Shown here one piece after another: positions 54,440 through 64,000 of a DNA stretch of 64,000 nucleotides. Location of the stretch: contig OZ251240.1 in NCBI GenBank assembly GCA_965240325.2, positions 558,001 through 622,000 on the forward strand, in the 5' to 3' direction. Origin of the DNA: Rebecca billardiae RCC1528 (taxonomy: Eukaryota > Protista > Haptophyta). The position numbers were made by a program, and so were the translations under genes. Within the stretch, counting starts at the first letter, position 1. Each line of letters opens with the position of its first letter. A model generated the notes under the pieces. It worked only from the letters and a program-made list of their open reading frames with translations. It did no database searches and was not told the DNA's origin.

Positions 54440-55013
54440 TATTTTAGCAGATAAGCAGTAAATCAGACGGGGCTCTGTCCGCGCCTGTCCGGGCGAATCA
54501 AATCATCATTGGATTAAGGAGCCAAGAGGGCCCGCCGGCCCGGGCGGCCTTATCTAAGTATGCGGCCTCGGCGCCGCCGCCCTCGGCCACGACGTCCCCG
54601 GCGGGCCCGACTGCCGAGCCCGAGGCGCCGGAATACGGAATTGACAATTGTCCGCGTCGTCGTCGTCGCCCTGCCCAACGCCAACGTGAACGGCTTGAAT
54701 TTGATTAATGGTTGCCATTTGCTGCTGTCGGCACGGACGACAGCTGAACATTACTACTATAGAGTAGTCAATCGACCTTCTCGCGTGCGCCGCTTGCCCC
54801 TGAGAAGTCAGACTGCTCTAAAATAATAAGACTTGGGACCCGTGACATCCTTGCGCTTGCAGGGGGAGTGGGAGCGGCCGCCATTGTTGTGTACAAAAGC
54901 CGGACCTCACGGCTGAACACGGGAACAAGCCACAAGCCCACAACCCGGACTCGTACAACGCCCGCTCAGCCTTGCACCGCGCTCTACTTGAACGCGCCGC
55001 GTGTGGGCTGACC

Positions 55014-56584
55014 ATGGCGGACGCGGAGTCGCTGCCGCGGCCGGCGCCCCCGACGGCGCCCAAGGCGCCACCCGGCGCTCCTGGTGGCGGCCGACGTCCC
55101 GCCCCGCGCGCCGTCCGCGCCGCGCCGGCCGGCTCTGTCGCGAGCGGGGGCGTCGTGCCGGTGCCGCCGCCCGGCCCGCCGCTCGCGCCTCGCCAGCCGG
55201 CAGACGGGCGTCCGGAGGCGGCGGCGGCGCCCCCCGCGCCGGCGGTCGGCTCGGCGGACGCCCCGCCGGCCGACCCCGCCGCCACCGCGCGCGCCGCGCA
55301 GAAGCAGGCCCTCGCCGCGCAGAAGGCGCGCGCGGCCGCGGTCGCCTTGCAGATGGAGGCGGAGATCTCGCGGCCGATGGTGCGGGACATCACGGCGGCG
55401 GAGCTGCCGACGCAGCAGGTGCTCCGCTCGAAGCGGCGGAACGCGGGCGGGCGGCTCGCGCCCAAGGAGGACATCGAGCCCAACGAGTCCGCCGACGCGC
55501 TCGCGCCGCCGCTGCGCGCGGCGCTCGATCGCGGCGCGCGGCGCGCGCAGCTCGGCGGCGGCGACGACGACGACGACGACGAGGCCGAGCGCTGGCGGGC
55601 GGAGCGGCTGGGGCGCGCGCGCGCGCGCGGCGGTGCGGATTCGGAGCGGGGCGGCGAGCCGCACATCCTCGGCGCCTCCGCGCCGCCGCCGCCCCCGCCG
55701 CCCGGCTCGGCCGCGCTGCTGCGCGCCATCCTCGCGGGTGAGGTTGCGGCGGTCGAGTCGCTGTGCGGGGCTGAGCCCAGGCTTCTGGACGCGCAGCTCG
55801 CGTCGGGGGACACGCCGCTGCACGCGGCGATCGGCGCGGGCTCGGTGGCGGAGGGCGTGCTCGACGCGCTGCTGCTGCTCGGCGCCGACCCCAACGTCGA
55901 GTCCGCCGAGCAGACCGCGCCGCTCGCCGCGGCCGCGCTCGCCGCCGACGTCGCGGCCGCGCGCAAGCTTCTGCACGCGGGCGCGCGCGCCAACCTGCGC
56001 ACGCCGGTCGGCGAGGCGCCGCTGCACGTGGCGGCGGCGGTTGGCTCGGCGGAGATGGTCACGCTGCTCCTCGACGCGCGCGCCTCTGCCACCGCGCGCG
56101 ACGCCGGCGGCCGCATGCCCTTCCAGTGCGTCGGGCAGAACGGCGCGGCCGCGCCGGACGTTCACGACCTGCTGGCCGCGGCGGCGCGCGTCAAGGCGCC
56201 CTCCGCCGTCGCCGCCGCGAAGGCGCGCGCGGCGGAGGCGGCGGCGGCTGCGGCGCCGGCGCCGGCGGAGGTGGCGCGTGCGAGGCCGCCGCCGCAGCGC
56301 GCCGCGCGCTCGTCCTCCGGCTCGAGCTCGTCCGGTGGCGACAGCGGCGGCGGGCCGGGCGGCGCCGGCTCCCACGACGGCGGCCAGAGCTCAGCGGCGG
56401 GCGCGGACAGCGCTGACGACGGCGCGTCGCAGATCAGCCTCGGGGACGCGGCGGAGACGGCGGTGGCGGTGCACCTGCCCGAGGGCGCGGGCGCGCAGCC
56501 GGAGCGCGCGGACGCGCCGGCCGTCGCACCCCGCGAAGCGGCCGCGCCGGCGGGCGCCGCTTCAGCGGGCGCGGATGCCACGGC

Positions 56585-56638
<54 letters not shown>

Positions 56639-58333
56639 TGCGCTCGGCGCGGACGACGTGCACAGCGCCGCCGCGGCGGACGCGGACGCGCCGTCGGCGG
56701 ACGGTGCGGACGCCGAGGCGCGAGCCGACGCGCCCGTCGTGCCGGCGAGCGAGGACGCCGCGCGAGACGCGAGCAGTGCAGCGGCGCCGGCGCCGGCCGC
56801 CCCAGCGGAGGGCACCGCCACCGCGCCCGCGGCCGCGCCCGCGGCGTCAGACGCGGCGGGCGCGGCCGGCGGGGCAGCGGCAGAGGCGGGCGTGGTGGCG
56901 GGTCGGGGTGCGGCGGCGCCCGAGGCGGGCGCGGCGGAGCCCGCGCCCGAGCCGGCGCTCGCCGGCGCCCCCGACGCGCTCGAGGCGTACGGGCGCGAGG
57001 CGGACGCGGTGCTGGGCGGCGGCGCCGACCTGCCCGCCGAGATTTACATCTCGCCCGCGTACAGGACCAACGACCTGGGCTCGCTCCTCCGGACTTTCCA
57101 GCGGGTGTTCCACTCGAAGGAGACGTCGTTCCTCGCGATGCTCACGAGCTCGAGCTCGAGCCCCGCCGGCGGCCCGCCGCCGCAGGTCCTCTGCGACATC
57201 CAGCGCGTCTCCACGAGCCCCCTCGAGTTCAGACTCCACCTGCGCGTGCCCGGGCAGCTGGAGCACGTGCCTGCGCTCGTGGCGCGCAGGGAGCGCAAGG
57301 GCAAGTTCTCGAACAGCCACTACTACATCTGGCTCGACCCGACGCTCTCGGCGCCCGAGCGCAGGCGCACGCCCGCCGACGCGCGGCACGAGGACCCGCG
57401 CATCTTCCTGGGCAAGGTGCGCTCGCACGGCTTTGGCGGCGGCGAGTTCACCGCTTACGACAACGGCGACAGGCCAGCGGGCGCGCGCGCAGACGAGGGC
57501 GTCAAGGACGGCACGCGGTGCGCGCGCGGCCCGTGCGCGGCGCTCGTGCGGCGGGCGCAGCCGCGCCGCGGACTGCGCACACCCTCGGGCCACCCGCCAA
57601 CCCTCGCGCACACCCGCGCCGCGCGTCGCGTCCGCTCGCAGCTACCCCGTCACGACCGGGCTGCCGAGGCGCGAGGTCGGGGCGGTTGTGTACAGCCGAA
57701 ACACGGGGCGGCGGCAGCCGATGGCGATGCGCGTGCTCGCGCCCGCGCCGCCGCACGCGCTGCGCGCCGCGCCCGCCCGCTCCGCGCCCGGCGGCGGCGG
57801 CGGCGGCTCGGAGCCCCCCTCGGCAGAGCACGGCTCCTTTCTGCATGCGCCCACGCTCGAGGCGCTCAAAGCGGCGGTCGACGCGGGCGAGAGCGCGCCG
57901 CCCGCCGCGCGCGACCTGCAGCTGATGCGGCTGGTGCCGCCCAAGTGGAACGAGGCGGGCAAGGTCTACCAGCTCGCGTTCGAGGGGCGCGCGGCGTGCA
58001 TGTCCAACAAGAACGTGCAGCTCGAGTCCACGTACTGCCCAGGTGCGCGCGCGCGCGCAGCGGCACGCGCGCGGCGGCGCGCGGCAGCGGGACTGCGACG
58101 CGCGGGGTGTGCGGCGCGGCGCGGCGCGTCGTCCCGGCCTGGCGGCTCGCGTTCACGCGCCGCGGCCGCGCGCGCGCGCGCGCCGCGCAGGCAAGCCGAT
58201 GCTGCAGGTGGGCAAGCTCGCGGAGAACATCTTCAACATGGACCACGGGCTGGAGGTGTCGACCTTCCTCGGCTTTGCCATCGCGCTCACCGTGTTTGAT
58301 CAGAGCTCGCACTGGCGGCAGTGGATGTTCTGA
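55014..58333 (+). CDS. Ankyrin repeat + Tubby C-terminal domain protein; introns 57518-57641 and 58043-58190
   Basis: Ankyrin motifs GDTPLHAA and GEAPLHVAA. Tubby motifs SHYYI, FLGKVRS..GGEFTAYDNG, RREVGAVVY, PPKWNE..YQLAFEGR..SNKNVQL, MLQVGK..FNMD, and FLGFAIALTVFD. Confidence 0.9.
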
Positions 58334-58745
58334 GGCGAGCAGGCGCGACGGCGCGGCGCAGGCACGCGGACGGCTGCGCGCGCGCCACTACGTCGCACGA
58401 CACCCGACAGTTTGCCGGGCCGCCTGCTGATTCGGCGCAGGCAGCCATGCTGATGCATTGTCATGTTTCTTTTAGGCCGCGCGAAAATCGACGGTTATTG
58501 CTTGTTTCGAAATTCGAGCTGGGGCGAAAAAACGGGCGAAAAAACAATAAACGCCAACAAGCCGGACCGAGAAGTGTCGCGGAAGCCCAACTCGAGCGCG
58601 AACCAAAGGCTGTGATTGGTCGACCGAGCGGCTCCATCGCAGCACAAGTCGCGGGGTCTGGCTCCGATTGGCCGGTGGGCGCTGGACAGTTTGCGGCGAG
58701 AGCGCTCCGTGGCAACCCGTCCAGTAGCTCGTTTCGCTCCTGACC

Positions 58746-60236
58746 ATGCACTCGCCGAAGAACTCCGCGCCCTTCCTCGCGTCGGCGCTCGTGATCGTCG
58801 CGTCGGTGACGTACTCGTTCATCCGCCCGGCCCTCGCGCCGCCGCCGGCCTCCTCGCCCCCGCTGACGTCGTCCTGCCACGACGAGGTCTCGGCGGCGGC
58901 GTACGAGCAGCCCGATGCCATCGCCGCCGCCGAGCGCGCGTCGCACAACGAGATGGAGGCGTGCCTCCGGCAGCAGCGCGAGCTCACGTACACGAATGCC
59001 GTGTGGCCTGGCTTCCACCCCCTCTGCGTCGAGTCCGCCTCGTCCGGCTCGGTCGCCGTGCGCGCGCTCGTGCGCGAGACGGGTGAGGTGCGCACGGTGC
59101 GCGCGCCGAGCGTGCCCGCGCTGCTCGGCGCGCTGAAGCCGCTCCTCGAGTCGACGTACGGCGACGACGACCCGACGATCGTCGCCTCCGAGTACGACTA
59201 CCCCAAGCACGAGTGGCGCATGTTCACCCCGCTCGGCGACCCGCTCGACCACGCGGCGCAGCTGTCGGCGGGCGCGCTCGCCAACGTGTACGAGGGCGGG
59301 CAGTTCATCCTGCCCGGCTGGTCGATCGGGCACGTGACGTACGTGGAGATCCCGGTGGTGGACCAGGAGACGCACGTCGAGTCGTTCCGCACGATCCCCG
59401 TGCGCACCGTCTCCCTCCGCCCGCTCGCCTTCTCGCTCGAGGGCTTCCTGACCGACGAGGAGTGCGACTTTGTGATTGGCTGGGCAAAACAGCGTCTTGT
59501 GCGCTCGAGGCTCGCGTTCATGGACGGCTCGAACAAGGAGGAGGAGGACGTGCGCACCTCGACGCAGGTCTTCATGCCGCGCGGCGGCTCGCGCACCATC
59601 GCCGACCTCGAGCACCGCGCGCACAACCTCACCCGCCTCCCGTACTCGCTCGGCGAGAACATCCAGGTTCTGAAATACGAGCCCGGACAAAAGTACGGCG
59701 CGCACCGCGACTACTTCTCGGCGAACGACTACCACAACCAGCCGGGGATGCTCTCGTCCGTCGAGTACGGCGCGCGCAACCGCCTCGCCACCGTCTTCTG
59801 GTACATGTCCACCGTCGCCGAGGGCGGCGAGACCTACTTCCCGCGCGCGCTCAACGAGAACGGCACCGAGTACAAGCCCTGGAACGGGGACCACAACGAC
59901 TGCTACCGCGGGATCGCGGTCAAGCCGGTCAAGGGGAACGCGGTGCTCTTCTACGGCATGCTGCCCGACGGCCGGCTCGACGAGCGCTCGCTGCACGGCG
60001 GCTGCCCGCCGCGCGGCGAGGGCGAGCAGGACACCAAGTGGGGCGCCAACCAGTGGATCTGGAACCAGCCCGCGCGCTTCCGCGGCACCGCCTTCCCGCG
60101 CAAGGGCCGCGACGAGGGGCCGCCCGGCTGCCGCGACGAGAGCGACAACTGCCGCGCGTGGGCGTCGTCGGGCGAGTGCAACGCAAACCCGGCCTACATG
60201 GAGACCGCGTGCAAGCGCTCGTGCGGCAAGTGCTGA
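58746..60236 (+). CDS. Prolyl 4-hydroxylase alpha-type 2OG-Fe(II) dioxygenase with a C-terminal ShK domain
   Basis: N-terminal anchor; FLTDEECD, RTSTQVF, ENIQVLKYEPGQKYGAHRDYF, EGGETYFP, SLHGGCP, KWGANQW; C-terminal CRDESDNCRAWASSGECNANPAYMETACKRSCGKC. Confidence 0.95.
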   Translation: MHSPKNSAPFLASALVIVASVTYSFIRPALAPPPASSPPLTSSCHDEVSAAAYEQPDAIAAAERASHNEMEACLRQQRELTYTNAVWPGFHPLCVESASSGSVAVRALVRETGEVRTVRAPSVPALLGALKPLLESTYGDDDPTIVASEYDYPKHEWRMFTPLGDPLDHAAQLSAGALANVYEGGQFILPGWSIGHVTYVEIPVVDQETHVESFRTIPVRTVSLRPLAFSLEGFLTDEECDFVIGWAKQRLVRSRLAFMDGSNKEEEDVRTSTQVFMPRGGSRTIADLEHRAHNLTRLPYSLGENIQVLKYEPGQKYGAHRDYFSANDYHNQPGMLSSVEYGARNRLATVFWYMSTVAEGGETYFPRALNENGTEYKPWNGDHNDCYRGIAVKPVKGNAVLFYGMLPDGRLDERSLHGGCPPRGEGEQDTKWGANQWIWNQPARFRGTAFPRKGRDEGPPGCRDESDNCRAWASSGECNANPAYMETACKRSCGKC

Positions 60237-60768
60237 GGCCGAGCGCGCCATGGCCTCCGCCGGCCGCCCCGCCGGTGGCCGGGCAGCCGATGCCGTTGCG
60301 GGCGGCGTTGAATGCGGCCGCACTCGCCGTTTCACGCGGGCCAGCAGCAGACTGCCGACTTCGCACACATTCACTACACTCATAACTGATGCTACTATGA
60401 TAGGTGGGCCCACTGGCTACTGTGGGATTATAGTGGCGCGCTGCAGAGTGCACGGAGCGCGACGGCTCCGATACTGAATGTCAGTGTTACTCATATAACA
60501 GTCTGCTCGGCTATGATTCGTCGGAAAGACACAGACAGGCACGAGGGCGCAGCTCTCCTGATTCGTCTGTAGTGGTACTGGTCGAAGCTTGCAGCAGTGG
60601 CAGTGGTGTGAGCACGTTGATGTTCAGGTCGCCATGGTGGACGTCGTTGTTACTTGTTGTCGTCGTCGACGTCGTCAGGCCCACCGGGGGGATGCATGGG
60701 AGTAGTACCAAATTTATCTGAAACTGGCGAGTGAGCATGTAGTGGCCGGTCGGCAAGGCCGTCCCCTA

Positions 60769-60877
60769 CTTGGTCAGCAGCTGGTGGATGATGTCGTCGC
60801 CTACTACTTGGTCAGTGGCTGGTCATGGCGGACGATGGTGTAGCCTGTTATCTTGGTCAGCAGCTGGTGGATGATGT
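60769..60877. repeat. 26-bp direct repeat (60769-60794 / 60852-60877) with a partial third copy
   Basis: CTTGGTCAGCAGCTGGTGGATGATGT occurs twice; CTACTTGGTCAG occurs again in between. Confidence 0.8.
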
Positions 60878-61411
60878 AGTGTGGCCGAAATTAGTACTAG
60901 TAGAAGTTGGACTCGCCGTCGGGGGCTGGTTCCGGTATTCTTGTGGGGGATGGTCGTGTCTCTGCTGGGCCTGGTAGTTCTGGTTGAGCTCGTCCTCCCC
61001 CCTCCCCTCCCCCCTCCTCTCCTTGCCCCCCCCCCCCCCCTCCCCAGCCGGGCGCTTGGGCAGTTCCCCCACCCCGCTCCCAGGGGGCCTCTGGCCAGCC
61101 TGAGTTCTGCCTGCGGGGCCGGTGGCCTCAGTGGGCCTGACCTGGCAGTGCCCTTCGGGGACTGTGGTCCTGTAATGGCCTCTCCAGTGAGAGATGACCC
61201 TGGTCTGTCCGCATAGCGCGGTGTTAGTACACTGAATTTACTTTCAATTTCATCAGTCCGCGGAGCTTATTGGATTATTCCAGCCCCAGGAGCAGATGGC
61301 CCCTCTGCCCTGCCTGGTGAAAAAACCAGTGGTACTGCATGCCGTAAAATTTAGGGGGGCCAAAGCGGCACTGTAGCGTTACTGACGGCCACGAGCGCGG
61401 GTCCTAGCGAG

Positions 61412-64000
61412 TGTTTAGAGCTGATTTCGGGCTGGATCATTTGCCCTCTGGAGGGGTCTGGGCCGGCCATGTAAAAAAATCTGTTGTATTAATCCCGAAT
61501 TTCCTACGTGCACGACGATTTCTTTTCGATCTTCTCCAGGCGGTTGGCTCCAACCGTCCGGATGGTCGAAGTATCCGGCACTGCCTGCAGAGCTGCAGGC
61601 GAAAGCTGCGCTGCCAGTTACGTATGGCGGCCGTTTGCCGCTCACCGCTTTTTGCAATCGTTTCTGAGGACCGACACCGCCCGCTCGTCCGCACGGACGG
61701 CGCTGCTGACGACGTCCGCAGGGACACTGTCATAAGCCCCTGCGTGACCGGGGAACTGGTATGGCGGAATAAACATCATGAGCTCATGAGTGTGAACCCA
61801 CGTACCGCCGGGCATGGCCCACCCGACCGGTCGCAGCGTCGCGGGTGTCGCGACGAACGCGCGGGCAATGATGCTCGCGTGCAGCGCGCTCTGCATCGAG
61901 CAGCCGAGTGAAAGCGCGCAGACGAACCAGATGCCCACGCACGGCGTGGTGTACGAGTTCGGTGACTACCAGAAGGACATCCGTTACGCAACCTCGAATG
62001 TCCTCCGCCTGCAGGGCGGCTGCGCGCGCGGTACGAACCGCGCGAGCATTGACGTGCCCGCGTGTGGCACTTGCGGTGACGACACCGCGGCGGGGGCCTG
62101 GATGGTCCTCGTGATCGACAACGTCGAGCACGAGCTCGATGATGATGGGAATGGAGACGATCCATACCCTTCACGGCATCCGCTGAGGCCGATGCTGCGA
62201 GCGCCCCGACCATCCTCACGAGAGGACAGCCGGACTGGGCGCGAGGTGCTGCTCGACGACGGGCAGCAGCAGGTGATACACTCAAAGGACGTGTACATCA
62301 TTGATGAGCAGTCGCTGGTCGAGGGGAGGCACACTCCATTCGCGGCCAGCGATGACAGTGCCGAGCCCGAGACTGAGCTGGGAGACGCCGCTGACGGCGA
62401 GCTCACCGGCGAGGGCGACGAGCATTTTGAGATTGAGGACGGCGCGGCCGATGACGGCGGCGCTGCTGCTCATGACGACGGTGGCGCGGCGAGCGAAGCT
62501 GCGCGACCGAGCGCCGACGGCGATGACGCCGGAGGCGATGACGACGCACGAGCTGGTGAGTCCGCGGCGCCCGAGCTGCCGCGCGACTACGACCCGATGC
62601 GACGAGACCGAGCGAGGCGGAGCAGACCCGCCGCGCAGACGGTGCAGGCTGTGACCGAGGCAGCGTTCCAGGCCGCGGGCGAGGAACGTACCGAGGAGGA
62701 CAGCTTCGAGGCATTCGCTGCGACGACGATCGCGCGGGTGAATGGTGTGCCGATCACCATCCCCACGACGTGGGACGAGGCGATGAAGTCGCCCGAGGCC
62801 AAGCTCTGGATGCAGGCCTGCCACGACCACCTCGACGCGCACGGCGTGAGACACACGTTCTTCGAGGTGATTGTGCCGGACAACACGAGGACGATTCCTG
62901 TCAAGTGGGTGTTCGACGTGAAGACGCTTCCCGATGGCGAAGTGATCAAGTTCAAGGCGCGGCTGGTAACCCAGGGGTTCCGCCAGCGCGAGGGCATCGA
63001 CTTCAATGAGGTGTTCGCCCCGACGATACGACCAGAACAGCTGCGGCTGATGCTCGCGGTCGCGCTCAAGGCCAAAGGCGTCTCGATGACGGACGCGGCG
63101 AGCGCCAAGATCGTGGAGATGCGACCCGCCGACGTGCGGCACGCATACCTGAACAGCGACCTGCCGGAGGGCGAGGAGGTGATGACACCGCTCCCGCCTG
63201 GCTACACCGCGAAGAGCTCGACGCCGCTCGGCTCGAAGGTGGTCGCGAAGTTTGTGAAGGCGCTCCCTGGCATGCGCCAGGCCGGGCGCGTGTGGTACCT
63301 ACACTTGCGGAAGTGTTTGCTCGAACATGGGTTCGAGCCGTGCCCGAGCGCGCCGTGCATCTACTCGAAGGCAGTCGATGGCGGCTACGTGTTCGTCGGA
63401 CACTTTGTCGACGACCTGCTGATGATGAACATCTCGAAGGACAAGTCCGCGTTGGACGCGCTGATGACGGCGTTGTTGACGCACTACGAGATGCAGGGCG
63501 AGGACTGCTTGAGCAAGTTCCTTGGCGCCGAATTTGAGACCACGGTGGACGGACTTTATACCCACCTGAACCAGTACATCGGTGATGTGTGCGAGCGCTT
63601 CCACCTGAGTGGAGAGCGCCACCCACCGACCCCCGAGTGCAGCGAGACGCGCGAGATCCCCCGCCCGCTGCAAGCCCTCCTGCTGCGCGCTGACCGCCAG
63701 CACTACCAGGAGATGACCAGTGCCCTCATGTACTGCATGACGACGTGTCGCCCCGACATCGCGCACGCCGTGAACATGCTGGCACGCCGGATGTCCAATC
63801 CCCGGCTCTACGACTTGACCGCCGCGAAGCGCACGCTCCGATACTTGCTCGGCACGCGTCGGCGCGGCATCCTCTTCCGGCACGCGACGCACGCACAACA
63901 CCCTGATTTGGTGGCGTACGCGGACTCGGACTGGGCGAACGATCGTGAAGATCGACGTTCTACGACGGGATACCTTGTTATGTACAACGGGGTCCCGATC
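61412..64000 (+). mobile_element. Ty1/copia LTR retrotransposon, internally deleted, continuing beyond the window; left boundary tentative
   Basis: An open frame from 61796 to the window end encodes an integrase tail (NARAMML, VIHSKDVYIIDE), RT (PTTWDEAM, VKWVFDVK, FKARLVTQGFRQREGIDFNEVFAP, FVDDLL, CRPDIAHAV) and the RNase H start (AYADSDWA..RRSTTGY). Confidence 0.92.

Noticed and set aside
60880-61400. Poly-C tract and 111-aa ORF before the copia element
   Set aside because: Low complexity, with no assignable domain or element boundary.

Overview
A very GC-rich eukaryotic nuclear region. Short GC-rich GT..AG introns, a signal-peptide-bearing bacterial-type SerRS and compact head-to-head genes suggest an alga with a complex plastid. 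A Pavlovales haptophyte such as Diacronema is my inference and was not verified. About 18 protein-coding genes can be supported: RCC1-repeat protein (partial), JmjC/Cupin_4 oxygenase, membrane protein, large secreted glycosyltransferase-like/sulfotransferase-like protein, Sel1-repeat + MYND protein, tandem ubiquitin-like protein, arylsulfatase, membrane cyclic-nucleotide phosphodiesterase, coiled-coil protein, EsV-1-7 repeat protein, F-box/JmjC protein, seryl-tRNA synthetase, ankyrin protein, dual-specificity phosphatase, giant formin, F-box-like protein, ankyrin-Tubby protein and prolyl 4-hydroxylase. Mobile DNA is abundant. There are two copies of a Helitron2/Helentron-like element with shared ends and unrelated cargo, a Galileo/P-like foldback element with 424-bp TIRs and a 7-bp TSD, a nested inverted-repeat element, an old foldback MITE, and an internally deleted Ty1/copia element running off the right edge. 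The most interesting items are the cargo-carrying rolling-circle-type elements, the constant/variable EsV-1-7 array, the hypervariable Sel1 array, and a formin with an FN3-like insert in FH2, LC8-binding motifs and an LRP motif array. Most ORFs in the six-frame track are GC-driven shadow frames.
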